NCBI GenBank assembly: GCA_951406725.2 | Contig: OX597831.1 | Location: 66,836,001-66,900,000, forward strand | Direction: 5' to 3' | Source: Octopus vulgaris | Taxonomy: Eukaryota | Length of the DNA stretch: 64,000 bases | Shown: one piece after another, positions 1-12,101 of the stretch | Numbering within the stretch: position 1 is the first letter of the stretch | How the letters are laid out: each line of letters starts with the position of its first letter | Position numbers and translations under genes: made by a program | The notes under the pieces: model-generated | The model's database searches: none | What the model saw: the letters and a program-made list of their open reading frames with translations, nothing else | What the model was told of the DNA's origin: nothing

Positions 1-1320
1 GCCACTGGCATGATGGTATGAATTCATTTTATGTGACATCAGCGCCTATAAAGGATAAGCTTGTATATACGGATGACAACAATTTTTCTTGGTTTGGTAC
101 AATAAATCACCACAACCCCTGGTCCCTTGTCATTTCCTCAGTGAGGCCCCGCATCTGAAGATCCTTTCTCACCACTTTGTCCCATATCCTCCTGGGTCTA
201 CCCCTTCTACAGGTTCCCACCACAGTTAGAGCTCAACAATTTTTCTTGGTTTGGTACAATAAATCACCACAACCCCTGGTACCTTGTCATTTCCTCAGTG
301 AGGCCCCGCATCTGAAGATCCTTTCTCGCCACTTTGTCCCATATCCTCCTGGGTCTACCCCTTCTACAGGTTCCCACCACAGTTAGAGATCAGCACTTCT
401 TCACACAGCTGTCCTCATCCATACACATCCCATGACCAACCCAACACAGTCTTCTCTCTTGCACGCATCATCTGATGCCTCTTATAATTTTCTTCTGAAA
501 TCATTCGCACTCTGCTGTGTGTGCATTACCCATCCATTGGATATTGCTAGCTTTATTTCTTTTCAAGCCTTTGCATGTCAAAGCCAATGTCTCACTGTCA
601 TGTAACGTAGATGTATACTCTTTACTCTTTTACTTGTTTCAGTCATTTGACTGCGGCCATGCTGAAGCACCGCCTTTAGTCAAGCAACTCGACCCCAGGA
701 CTTATCCCTTTGTAAGCCCAGTACTTATTCTATCGGTCTCTTTCGGACTTACTTTGCCTTTGGTTTTTGTTAAGCTAACTCTAAGGCCCCTTAGATTCCA
801 TACCTGAAATTTCTTCTTTCGGTCAAGTAGTGACAAAGTCATCAGAATAGAAGAGCTCCTAGGAGCAGCAAGTCCTGAATCTCTCTGTTAAGGCCTGGAG
901 TACTATAATAAACAAGAGGGGGTGCTGAGAACTGATCCTTGGTGAACTCCTATGTGTACATTGAATTCATTGCTATACTTGATGCCAACCTTCACCTTAC
1001 TGGCAAACATCCCTGTACATGGCTTGTAGAGCTCTCACTAACCACTCGTCTATCCTTAGCTTCCACATTGACCACCAGATAAGGGAGCAGGGAGCCCTGT
1101 CAAAGGCTTTCTCCATGTCAATAAAAACCAAGTACAGAGGTTTATTTTTGGCTAAATACTTCTCCTGCAGCTGTCTTACCAGGAATAAAGCATCAGTCGT
1201 GCTTCTCCCAGGCACAAAACTGCATCTCATCTAGGCTAACCATCTTGCTAATTAGTTGAGCTGTAATCCTCTCTGTAGCTTTCATTACCTGGTCCTACAG
1301 TTTGATACCTCTGTAATCAT
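1..1320 (-). mobile_element. RTE-clade LINE reverse transcriptase/3' region remnant, interrupted by a SINE fragment at 616-746
   Basis: ORF 997-1230 reads GRSTTDALFLVRQLQEKYLAKNKPLYLVFIDMEKAFDR; a GVHQGSVL-like motif lies near 930-955; stops and frameshifts present. Confidence 0.85.
77..388. repeat. Tandem duplication, 2 x ~157 bp, inside the LINE remnant
   Basis: caacaatttttcttggtttggtacaataaatc... starts at 77 and again at 234, near-identical. Confidence 0.9.
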
Positions 1321-1362
1321 ACATTCTTTTATTTCTCTTTTTATTTGTTTTTAGTTTGTGTA

Positions 1363-1904
1363 CCATATTTTCCAGGTTATAAGCCGCTGTTTTTTACCTG
1401 GGAAATGAAGTGTACGGCTTATAGAAAGGCGCATCTAATGTGTGTATTTTTTATAAGTTTCAAGAGGAAAATAATTTGTGTATGGAGGTCAAATGATTCC
1501 ACTGATTTTTTTCAGAGGAAAAGTTGGTCAGTGAACAATGTGAAAAGCTTCTACTTCAGTACATTGGTGCCCGGAAGAAAACAAAGCATTTTTGTTTTGT
1601 TTTACCTTCATGTTTTGATAAGGTTATTTTTAATCTAATAAAGACTTTGATATTGACAAAATGTTATTTGTTGTTGATTATAGTAAGATAAAATCATAAC
1701 AATAACAATACAACTCATAGTTGTAAAATAAGGCATTTTGAAACTACATTACACGTCAACAACAGAAAAAGCTAGCTGCAGACCCATAGCTCTATAGGTC
1801 TTTTAAACAGCTGTGTGCTTCATGTGTGGATAAAACCAAAATTTTCCCCCAAATTCAGCCCTGCAGCTTAAATACCGATGCATTTTATAGACTAGAAAAT
1901 ACGG
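1363..1904. mobile_element. Non-autonomous Tc1/mariner-pogo type MITE
   Basis: Imperfect TIRs ccatattttccaggttataa / ttatagactagaaaatacgg flanked by TA on both sides. Confidence 0.6.
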
Positions 1905-2523
1905 TAGTATGACAAAGTTTATTCCAAATAAACAGCAGTCTGTATATAATCACAGGATTATGGGTTACCATTGGTTGGACTTTGCATCCAACCAAAAACT
2001 CTACTCAGAAACCTGGATGTGTCTGGTTACTCATATGATTCGGTTGTACCAGCTCTGACTGTTGCTTGATTTTCCAAGCTAGACCCGGCTTACCGTATTC
2101 TCTTCACTGAGGACCCAGCTGGGTTGATGGCTCATGTTGGTTTACCACATGCCACATGACCACAACAGATGAGAAGTTATCCCATGAAAATGGATAGGGG
2201 ACTGACTAGGACTCTGCTCTATAGATTGCCTGAGAGGACCAAGGAATATACCAACAAATGGTGAACACAGCAACACACTGCAACTGTGCATATCCCCACA
2301 TCTGACCTATATACTGGATAGTTTTTTTTTTCTCTGACACACAAACATCCATTTATTGTTGCCCAATGTCAGGCTTTATACACCACTTTATTCTCGCACA
2401 GAAGTCATTTTATTTGTCTTTAGGACATAAATCTCCCATCCTCAATTATTAATCCATCTCTGTTGTGCAGACTAGCTACTGTACTCCAGTTTCTTTCAAA
2501 AAAGTAGTGATTGCACTTACATT

Positions 2524-2930
2524 TAGGCGCAGGAGTGGCTGTGTGGTAAGTAGCTGGCTAACCAACCACATGGTTCCGGGTTCAGTCCCACTGCATGGCA
2601 CCTTGGGCAAGTGTCTTCTACTATAGCCTCGGGCCGACCAAAGCCTTGTGAGTGGATTTGGTAGACAGAAACTGAAAGAAGCTCATCGTATATATGTATG
2701 TATATATGTGTGCGTGTATGTTTGTGTGTCTGTGTTTGTCCCCCTAGCATTGCTTGACAACCAATGCTGGTGTGTTTATGTCCCCGTCACTTAGCGGTTC
2801 GGCAAAAGAGACCGATAGAATAAGTACTGGGATTACAAAGAATAAGTCCCGGGGTCGAGTTGCTTGATTAAATGTGGTGCTGCAGCATGGCCGCAGTCAA
2901 ATAACTGAAACAAGTAAAAGAGTAAGAGTA
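2524..2930 (+). mobile_element. tRNA-derived SINE family A (~410 bp)
   Basis: Head taggcgcaggagtggctgtgtggtaag...ggttcagtccc, internal TA/TG microsatellite, (gtaaaaga)n tail; about 20 copies in the window. Confidence 0.9.
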
Positions 2931-3134
2931 TTTAACTCACTTTTCCTATCACTCATCTCTCTTATCTAGACATAACCAATAACAACTACATTTTGCTCTG
3001 GTTGAAAATAGTTCAACTATTGTCTGTGTCATTTCTAGATTTCTTTTAATCATCATCAACCGTTGAAATAACAAAGTGGCTGAAACCTAATTTCTGGTAT
3101 ATTCTTCCATATCTCTCATCCATTGATGTTTTTT

Positions 3135-3360
3135 GTTGTTTGTTCCTTCTCGAGCGATGCCTGGCTCATAAGGGCCGGTTTCCCGGTTTCTTGGTGTATA
3201 GGTTCCCCACCTGGACGGAACGCCGGTCGATCGCAGGTGAGCTGCAAGATGCAAGAGGAAAGAGTTAGAGAAAGTTGTGGTGAAAGAGTCAGGAGAAGTT
3301 TGCCATTACCTTCTGCCGGATCCGCGTGGAGCTTAGGTGTTTCGCTCATAAACACACACA
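3135..3360 (-). mobile_element. tRNA-derived SINE family C2 (5'-truncated)
   Basis: Matches the copies at 11176, 22143 and 37031. Confidence 0.85.
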
Positions 3361-4033
3361 TCTTCCGTATAACACACATCAAGGAATATTATAAAAAATG
3401 CATAATTAAACCTTCACGAATTTTGCAAATGCTAGGCTTCTCAGTGTTTATGAAGTCTAGCCAAAACATGACATAATCAAGACTACATCTCAAAAGCTAA
3501 GCCTTCTTATCAGAGTGAGAAACTACTTCAAATCTGAGAAGCTGCCAAACCCTATACAAAACTTGTATACACATTGAAGTAAAACTTAGAGCATCTGACA
3601 AAAGATCATCTACTTGATTGGCAAATTATCACTCATTATAACCACTTGCAATTCAACCAGTTATTTTTTCTTTCTGTTACAATAATGGTTCTTCTTCTGA
3701 TCTGGTAAAATATCAGTTCATCCAGTTCATCTACCTTTTCTTTTGTCTAGTAGGGAACTAAACCTCGGTCCATATTCTTTAATTAACACTTCATCTAAAT
3801 TTTTATGCTCAGAACTGCAATATTCTGCAACTGCCTTCTTATCCACTTTTTTTTTTAACAAATTGACCTTGCTAGTCTTGAGAAGTCTGCAAAAACAATG
3901 CAACTTTTTTCTAAAGTATTTTCTCAGAAAATTGTCAAAAAATTAAAAACTAATCTGTCATTAAAAAATTATATGCATAAGTGAAAATTTTCTTTTTTCT
4001 ATTTTGTTTAATGTGTGATTAATCCTTCCACAG

Positions 4034-4260
4034 CTATTATGGTCTGTCAATGTGGTTCCCAAGTATGTTCGACAAAATAGAGAAATATGGAGGTTCAATA
4101 TGCAGCCCTGGAAAACCTACAAATACTACGTTTAATCTGACTTGTCAGGAACCTGACAAGGACATTTACTTTGATGGTTTCTTGACTTCTGTTTCCAATT
4201 TACCTGGCAACATACTCAGTATGCTGCTTGTAGATAGAATTGGTCGTAAAATCCTCTTAG
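4034..4260 (+). CDS. SV2-like (synaptic vesicle glycoprotein 2 family) MFS transporter, internal exon
   Basis: cag acceptor 4031-4033, gtaaga donor 4261; encodes YYGLSMWFP...YFDGFLTSVSNLPGNILSMLLVDRIGRKILL (MFS motif DRIGRK). Confidence 0.9.
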
Positions 4261-4493
4261 GTAAGATTGAATATTATCAACAATAGGGTTGAAGGGAGCT
4301 ATCTTGGGTGAGCATTTTGCATACTAAATATATATGTGGTATAGTCTTACATGTGTAATATAGTAAGTTGAAAATCATTAATTCACTGAGATTATTCTTG
4401 CAGTCAAAGCACAAAATGCTTAAAAATAACTCAAATCTGTCAATCCAAATTCTTGGAAAATAAGGACAAAGCAGTTAGGGGTGGATCTTGTGT

Positions 4494-4689
4494 TTAACCC
4501 TGCCGTTACCAACCTGGCTGAAACCGGCTCTGGCTCTGAGTACAAATGTTTTGTTTTCATAAGTTTTGAATTAAAATTTTCCGTCAAACCTTAGTCACAC
4601 TTTATGTTCCTAACACTAGTTATTTTACTTTAAAGTAATTGAAAGACACACAGAGCATCTCAAAATAAATACAGTAACGAAAGGGTTAA
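4494..4689. mobile_element. TTAA-flanked MITE family 1 (piggyBac-like)
   Basis: ttaaccctgccgttac...gtaacgaaagggttaa; same family at 40655-40883. Confidence 0.75.
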
Positions 4690-4832
4690 AGCTAATAAGT
4701 GCAGGCAACAGACATCTTTTGATCTTGTTAGATCTCATGAGCAAAGCATATTCAGTGCAATAAGTTAAACTTAATCACATATATGTAAGTTGCATGTGCA
4801 TAATACACATATATATACACATAATACACACA

Positions 4833-5236
4833 TAGGCACAAGAGTGGCTGTGTGGTAAGTAGCTTGTTTACCAACCACATGGTTCCGGGTTCAGTCCCAC
4901 TGCGTGGCACCTTGGGCAAGTGTCTTCTACTATAGCCTTGGGCCGACCAAAGCCTTGTGAGTGGATTTGGTAGACAGAAACTGAAAGAAGCCTGTCATAT
5001 ATATGTAAATATATATATATGCATGTGTGTGTCTGTGTTTGTACCCCTAGCATTGCTTGACAACCGATGCTGGTGTGTTTATGTCACCGTTACTTAGCGG
5101 TTCAGCAAAAGAGACCGATAGAATAAGTACTGGGCTTACAAAAGAGTAAGTCCTGGGGTCGAGTTGCTCGACTAAAGGCGGTGCTCCAGCATGGCCGCAG
5201 TCAAATGACTGAAACAAGTAAAAAAGTAAAAGAGTA
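4833..5236 (+). mobile_element. SINE family A
   Basis: Full-length match to 2524-2930. Confidence 0.9.
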
Positions 5237-5852
5237 TATGTGTATTATAGTACATTTGCTCTTATTTTGTTGTTTGTTGAATTTCAAGTTTGATGTATGT
5301 TTATATTTATGGCTTTAATGAATCAAGTATTGTGTGACATCATGAAGTCAGACATATTTATTACTCTTGTTGTTGTAATTTCATAATTGATTATCTATTG
5401 GCAACAAATTTATGGTACAGAAATGTTTGACCGAATCTGCCTGTTGGAAATATTTATAACTTTCTTTTACTGTGTTCTAAAGTAAGAACATTGTACACAA
5501 TTTATGAGTGTTTTCTTGGAGCAGAAAAATTTGAGAGGAATATGTAAATTAGTATCATTAATACAAAATGTGAAGCAATACGGGACTGTAAGTGAAGTAG
5601 AGGAAAAGTAGTCTTACCAGATTATGATCATTGGGTAGAATTGAATAATTACATTATAATATTTGATGTGAGGCTAAAGTAACACAAAACAAGAGGCCTT
5701 GATTGAATGTATTGTAATTTGAAAGTGGGATACAGTAAGCAAAAGTCTAATGGGTACATCTATCAATGACACCACATCATCTTATGTTTATATTTTCATG
5801 TTTCATCCCTCGCACTGTGTTACTTCAAAAACACTTTCATTTCTTTCTGCAG

Positions 5853-6012
5853 TTGTTAGCATGGTGATCTCTGGATTAAGTGTCTTCTTCATCTGGTTTG
5901 TCAAAACAAAAGTACAAAGTTTGGCATTGTCATGCCTATTTGGTGGCATTTCCGTTATTGGATGGAACTCTCTCGACACTATATCAAGTGAAATATTTCC
6001 AACACAACTAAG
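5853..6012 (+). CDS. SV2-like MFS transporter, penultimate coding exon
   Basis: ttctttctgcag acceptor, gtgagt donor 6013; phase-compatible with the previous exon; VVSMVISGLSVFFIWFV...GWNSLDTISSEIFPTQLR. Confidence 0.92.
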
Positions 6013-6731
6013 GTGAGTATCATAATCCTCATCAGCAGCGCCACCATTGCCACCACCACCTCCTCATCATCATCATCATCACCACCACCACCACCACCAC
6101 ATCATCATCATCTAATGTTCATTGTCCATGCTGGCTTGGATTGGATGGTTTGATAGGATCCAATGCATCCGAGGACCACATTGTGATCCAATGTTTGCTT
6201 TTGCATTGACTATGGTTGTTTGCCCTTCCTGACACTAATCACTTTACAATGGGGCCAGCATTGGTGATGTTTCCAAGTCTAACATCCCTTTGATTGAATG
6301 AAGCTACAGTGGAGAGCAAGGAGGCTTTATGCCAGGAGATGAGAAATTAAAATATGAAAGAAGGGGCCAGAACAGGAAAGGTTTCTTGCTGTAGGAGAGA
6401 TACATGGCTACTCACATTATAGAAAAGTGGATAGGAGAAACTGGGATGGATCCAGAAAAAGAGAGAAAGTAATTGTGACAGAGTGTTGGAATGGATTCTC
6501 AAACTACAAGAAGGTGAATAAAAGTGAGTGGGTACAGAATAAGAAGTGTGAGTGGGTAGAGGTTACAAGAAGAGAGTAAAGGATGGTAAGAGAAGGAGTA
6601 ATAGGTGAGGAGGTAAATATACTGAAGGAAAAAGGTTGAAGGATGGTCAATAATGAACGTGTTGGAGGGAAGGCAGAATGTAGTGAATGATGGACAAGAG
6701 TGGAAGAGTGATTAATGATATATGAGCTGGA

Positions 6732-7146
6732 AGGCGGCAAGCTGGCAGAAACGTTAGCACGCTGGACGAAATGCGTAGCTGTATTTCGTCTGCCGTTATG
6801 TTCTGAGTTCAAATTCCGCTGAGGTCGACTTTGCCTTTCATCCTTTCGGGGTCGATTAAATAAGTACCAGTTACGCACTGGGGTCAATATAATCGACTTA
6901 ATCTGTTTGTCTATCCTTGTTTGTCCCCTCTGTGTTTAGCCCCTTGTGGGTAGTAAAGAAATAGGTATTTCGTCTGCCGCTATGTTCTGAGTTCAAATTC
7001 TGCCGAGGTCGACTTTGCCTTTCATCCTTTCGGGGTCGATTAAATAAGTACCAGTTACGAACTGGGGTTGATATAATCGACTTAATCCGTTTGTCTGTCC
7101 TTGTTCGTCCCGTCTGTGTTTAGCCCCTTGTAAGTAATAAAGAAAC
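6732..7146 (+). mobile_element. tRNA-derived SINE family B (Meta-domain-like core), partial tandem dimer
   Basis: ggcggcaagctggcagaaacgttagc head; core gcctttcatcctttcggggtcgat..aagtaccag occurs twice. Confidence 0.85.
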
Positions 7147-7643
7147 AGATATATGAGCTCGAAGAGGGGGGTAAGGGAGAGCAGGGGAAGACTTACAGGA
7201 TGAAAGGGATGAAGAGCACAGGGTAGTAATGATAATAGGGGGGAATTTGAGAGAAAGTGAGATGACATGAAGGTGGGTATGTTGCATGAATATAGGTAGA
7301 AGCAGGTGTAGTGTATAGGGAGAGTCAGAAATATATGGTTGTGGAAAAGGAGAGATAATTTGATAGCAGAGAAGGGTGCTTTGAGGGGAAGACATTAAGT
7401 GCATTGGTTGTGAGTTGAGAGAAAGATAACTGGTATTACAGAAAGAAAAATGATGAAATACGAAGTTCTGCTCTCATTTAATCACAGCAGCAGAATCCTG
7501 CAACTAGGGTAGAGGCTGGAGGAAACAGTGACAGTTTAAAAAGCTTTAAATATTTCAAATGATCTTGAGATTTTTTAAACGTAGCAACTTATCCATACCT
7601 TTTCAATTTTCACTCTCTCTGTGCCTCTGTCTTTTTACCCCCA

Positions 7644-7690
<47 letters not shown>

Positions 7691-7791
7691 CCATAAACAT
7701 GTTTTAGCCCGAGAGAAGCTTAATTTCTCAAGATTGGTACTCAGGTAGAGTGTTATATATCCCAGTGTCCCAATAATTATATATATATATA

Positions 7792-9080
7792 CGAGGGGCG
7801 TTCAATAAGTAATGCCCCTGACCCACTTCCCATAGAAGTAGAGCAACGAAACTTGGCACAGTTATTAGTCTTTTTCTGCATAGAAAATACCCAGAGTTAT
7901 GCATTTCTCCCATCGTCTGATGCAGCTCTCGAGACCGTTTTAGTTCAAGACCCCAGCTAGGTCCTCCAACGACGACGTGACTTCAGAAATCAAGGCTGCA
8001 TCATCTGGAAAACGCTTTCCTTTCAAAAACAACTTCATGACTGGGAAGAGGTGAAAATCAAGGGGTGCAAGGTCAGGAGTGCAAGGATGGGGGAAGAGTT
8101 CATAGCCGAACGCCTGCGCTTCTTATCTGGCAACATGCGAGTTGTGAACTGGTGCGTTGTCCTGCAGGAGGGGGATGCCTTTGCTGATCTTGCCCCGCCT
8201 CTTGATTTTGATAGCTCCTCTTAATTTCCTCAAAAGTGAAGCTTAATAGGCTCCTGTAATTGTGGTACCCTTTGCCAGGAAATCTGTCATCACTACTCCG
8301 TCCTGGTCCCAGAAGACTGTGAGCATGACCTTGTCAGCGGAGGGCTGCACCCTTGCCTACTTTGGAGGAGGTGAATCACGGTTCTTCCACTGCATTGACT
8401 GGGATTTGGTCTCTGGATCATCGTGATGGATCCAGGTTTCCTCCTGTGTAATCAGTCTTTTGAAAAATTTTGACTCATCTTCTTGGCACATCTCCAAATT
8501 CATCCTCGAGCACTCGACGCGTTCTTGCTTCTGGAAAGGTGTGAGCAACCTGGGAATCCATCTGGCAGACACCTTTTGCATATGCAAATGGTCACGAATG
8601 ATAGTTTCCACAGATCCGGTACTAATCTTGACCTCATGGGCTATTTAGCGAATAGTTATGCATCGATCTTCCAAAATAGCAGCCTCAACTTGACGGACAG
8701 ATGCCTCATCAATGGCAGAAGGGGGGTGACCAGATCTGGGAGCTGTTTCCACAAGTTCCGACCATATTTGAATTCACGATGCCAGCGTTTTACAAGGTCA
8801 TATGATGGGGCGTCATCACCATAAGTTACTTTCATTTCAACAAAAGTCTCCCGTAGTGTGCGTTCTTTCAAATACAAAAACCGGATCACTGCTCGACACT
8901 CAACAAGCTCCATTTCACACTTGACTCAGTTCAAACACCTGTAAATCAGAAACCACAATTAGTTCAGAGCTGTAATTTGCCACTTAATCTATAGAGATAT
9001 ACATAATTGCACATGCAAAATTTCAGCTAGATCAAACAAGTGCGAGAGGGTCAGGAGCATTACTTATTGAACGGCCCTCG
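7792..9080 (-). mobile_element. Full-length mariner transposon (1289 bp) with disrupted transposase at 8913-7865
   Basis: TIRs cgaggggcgttcaataagtaatgcccctgaccc / gggtcaggagcattacttattgaacggccctcg, TA TSD; motifs WIPRLL, ITQEETW, QDNAPVH, PDLAPLDFHLF, RWEKC; frameshift and stops. Confidence 0.95.
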
Positions 9081-9261
9081 TATATAATTATTATTTGAGG
9101 GAATAAAACTTACAAGGAAAAAAATTCAATTTAGAAATACTAAATCCAATTTTCACACAATATTATATATATATATAAAAAATTAGAACAAAACCACCTT
9201 TTATCAATTCAAAATGAACAATTAAATTACACCATCTAAAAAAATTACATATAATAGAAAA

Positions 9262-9347
9262 TTAAAATTAAAATAACAATAAAATGTCAAAGATTAAGTA
9301 AATTGCAAAACTTAATCTTTGACATTTTATTGTTATTTTAATTTTAA
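9262..9347. repeat. Perfect 38-bp inverted repeat with a 10-nt spacer
   Basis: ttaaaattaaaataacaataaaatgtcaaagattaagt (9262-9299) versus acttaatctttgacattttattgttattttaattttaa (9310-9347). Confidence 0.9.
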
Positions 9348-9506
9348 AACCTGCCCTCATTCTATTGATAGCGGCTATAGGTATTTGAAACTTCAGTTAC
9401 TTATATACCACTTTTCGATTCTATGAGTGACATGGATGTATCCAGACTAGTGGCTATCATGGATCCTAAATATGAATAACAGCTGCTTCACAAAACAACA
9501 TTTTTT

Positions 9507-10349
9507 TAACTCTTTCAATACCAACCTGCCTGAGATTACTCTTGGTTCTGTGATGCAAACTAAAATGTGCCAACTTAAAATATTCATCAAAATTCCATGT
9601 TCATTTATGTTCCAAACACCAGCTTAACCCTTTAGTGTTTAAACCGGCCATATCTGGCCAGATGTGGAGGCGCAATGGCCCAGTGGTTAGGGCAGCGGAC
9701 TCGCAGTCATAGGATCACGGTTTCGATTCCCAGACCAGGCGTTGTGAGTGTTTATTGAGCGAAAACACCTAAAAGCTCCACGAGGCTCCGGCAGGGGATG
9801 GTGGTGATCCCTGCTGTACTCTCACCACAACTTTCTCTCACTCTTACTTCCTGTTTCTGTTGTACCTGTATTTCAAGGGGCCGGCCTTGTCACTCTCTGT
9901 GTCACGCTGAATATCCCCGAGAACTACGTTAAGGGTGCACGTGTCTGTGGAGTGCTCAGCCACTTACACGTTAATTTCACGAGCAGGCTGTTCCGTTGAT
10001 TCGGATCAACCGGAATCCTCATCGTCGTAACCGATGGAGTGCTTCCATCCATCTGGCCAGAATATTGTCCTTGTTTTATGTTTGAACTTATGAGATTCAG
10101 CCTCTCACACTTATCCTACAATGTCATTGTAAAGATAAATAATCACATCATCAAAATTTTGAAGTTATGAGACAAGGCACAATTAATTCAAAACAATGTG
10201 AATAAATAAGTATTACATTTGACAACGTAATCTAAACACTAAAGGGTTAAATAATGACAAAATTATTTTATGAAATTTTTCAGTGTTTTCAAAATTAATT
10301 AAAATGAAGGAGGTGTATTTCAATAGAAATATGATAACCAAAGGGTTAA
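9507..10349. mobile_element. Nested cluster: MITE family 1 containing MITE family 2 (9625-10250), which contains tRNA-SINE family C1 (9663-10047)
   Basis: Both MITEs have ttaac(c/t)ctt...aagggttaa termini; the SINE is flanked by TSD atctggccaga. Confidence 0.8.
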
Positions 10350-10527
10350 AATCATTCAAATGTAGTGAACATTTTTCTGAGGTATTAATTGTAGAATAGC
10401 ACCTGATGATGGAGGCCTACAGTTTACATTGGAACTAGTTTCTCAGCTGCAGAGGAGAAATGAGTGAACTGGAACATAGATTTTTGTACAGAGTCCAATC
10501 TCTCTTCAGGATCACTAGCTGAGTGTT

Positions 10528-10830
10528 TACTTACTTTTTACTTGTTTCAGTCATGTGACTGTGGCCATGCTGGAGCACTGACTTTAGTCGAGCAAATCGA
10601 CCCCAGGACTTATTCTTTGTAAGCCTAGTACTTATTCTATTGGTCTCTTTTGCCAAACCGCTAAGTTACAGTGACAGGCTTCTTTCAGTTTCTGTCTACC
10701 AAATCCACTCACAAGGCTTTGGTCGGCCCGAGGCTATAGTAGAAGACACTTGCCCGAGGTGCCATGCAGTGGGACTGAACCCGGAACCATGTGGTTGGTA
10801 AGCAAGCTACTTACCACACAGCCACTCCTA
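10528..10830 (-). mobile_element. SINE family A (internally deleted)
   Basis: Reverse-complement match to family A. Confidence 0.85.
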
Positions 10831-11175
10831 CACTCAAAAGCAGTATGATAAGGTTGATGCAGTTTTTATTTTTATTCACTAATCGACCAAGTCAGTAACA
10901 AACATGCCAATATAAAGAAATGCCTGACACTAGGATTGTCTCTATATTTTGAGTTAGAATCCTGACAGAATAACCTTTACCTTCCATCTGCCTCGAATTG
11001 ATTGTTACCATCCAGATTCTAGGCTCATTTTGAGTGACTCTACCCTCACCTTTTAAACATTTGTAACTTTTGCTAGTAAAAATCATTACATTTATTATTG
11101 TTTCATTATTTATTTCACATAAATGCATCAGAATTTGTATGGCTTTTTGTTTGACTTAGCATAATTAACTGTACT

Positions 11176-11472
11176 GTGGAGGCACATGACCTAGTGGTTA
11201 GAGCAGCGGACTCGTGGTCGAGGGATCGCAGGTTCGAATCTCAGACCGGACGATGTGTGTGTTTATGAGCGAAACACCTAAGCTCCACGTGGCTCCGGCA
11301 GAAGGTAATGTCGAAACTTCTGCTGACTCTTCCGCCACAACTTTCTCTCACTCTTTCCTCCTGTGTCTTGCAGCTCACCTGCGACGGACCGGCGTCCCGT
11401 CCAGGTGGGGAACTTATACGCCAAGAAACCGGCCCTTATGAGCCAGGCATGGCTCGAGAAGGAACAAACAAC
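11176..11472 (+). mobile_element. tRNA-derived SINE family C2
   Basis: tgtggaggcacatgacctagtggttagagcagcggactcg...ggttcgaatc box A/B head; (aac)n-type tail. Confidence 0.88.
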
Positions 11473-11697
11473 AATTTACTGTACCCATCACTTGATGGTT
11501 GCATCATTGATTTGTTGGAGGGAGAAATATAACTTGTTGTTGCTATGCCTTTTCTAAGGTCATTAATGACTATTTAAGTGAAATGAAGAGTTCTGAAAAT
11601 GGAAGCTTACTAATCAATATACATGAAATTTTTCTCTCTGTTGACACTTATGTTCAATATAAATAATGCTGTTTATGATTTTGTTTTAAATTTTCAG

Positions 11698-11881
11698 ATC
11701 CACAGGCTTAGGTGTACAAACAGCTACATTGAGAATTGGTGCAATACTTGGAAACCTGTTTTTTGGGATTCTTATAAATGCACAATGTGCTATACCAATG
11801 CTTCTAACTTCTGGACTTCTGCTACTTGGAGGTCTCCTTGCAATAAAGCTACCAGATTTGACTGGCAAAGACCTGTCTTGA
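11698..11881 (+). CDS. SV2-like MFS transporter, terminal coding exon
   Basis: ttttcag acceptor, phase 2; (R)STGLGVQTATLRIGAILGNLFFGILINAQCAIPMLLTSGLLLLGGLLAIKLPDLTGKDLS*; TGA at 11879-11881. Confidence 0.92.
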
Positions 11882-12027
11882 TATATTTCTGTTAACTGAC
11901 ATGTCTTTCTATATAATATATCAATATATCAAACTATTTTTTCAATTCAAAATATTTTAAATTTGCATAATATATTTTAAAAAATATATTTTTTATTATT
12001 TTGATGTTTGGTTTTATATTCAGTTAT

Positions 12028-12033
12028 AATAAA
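12028..12033 (+). promoter_or_regulatory. Candidate polyadenylation signal of the SV2-like gene
   Basis: AATAAA about 150 nt after the stop codon. Confidence 0.4.
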
Positions 12034-12101
12034 ACAATTTTCTATATTTGTCTGTCCATACACACACACATACAAATAATCCAAAGTACAACTTCAATGA
12101 C

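Noticed and set aside
2523-2750. Recurrent short ORF family (…HSQGFGRPEAIVEDTCPRCHAVGLNPEPCGW)
   Set aside because: Antisense translation of SINE family A; not a gene family.
9663-9740. tRNA genes at SINE heads (also 11176, 12211, 22449, 37031)
   Set aside because: They have box A/B but no proper acceptor stem, and they run into repeat bodies.
10398-10452. Possible hammerhead at gcacCTGATGAtgg...ggaactagtt
   Set aside because: No GAAA core and no convincing stem II.
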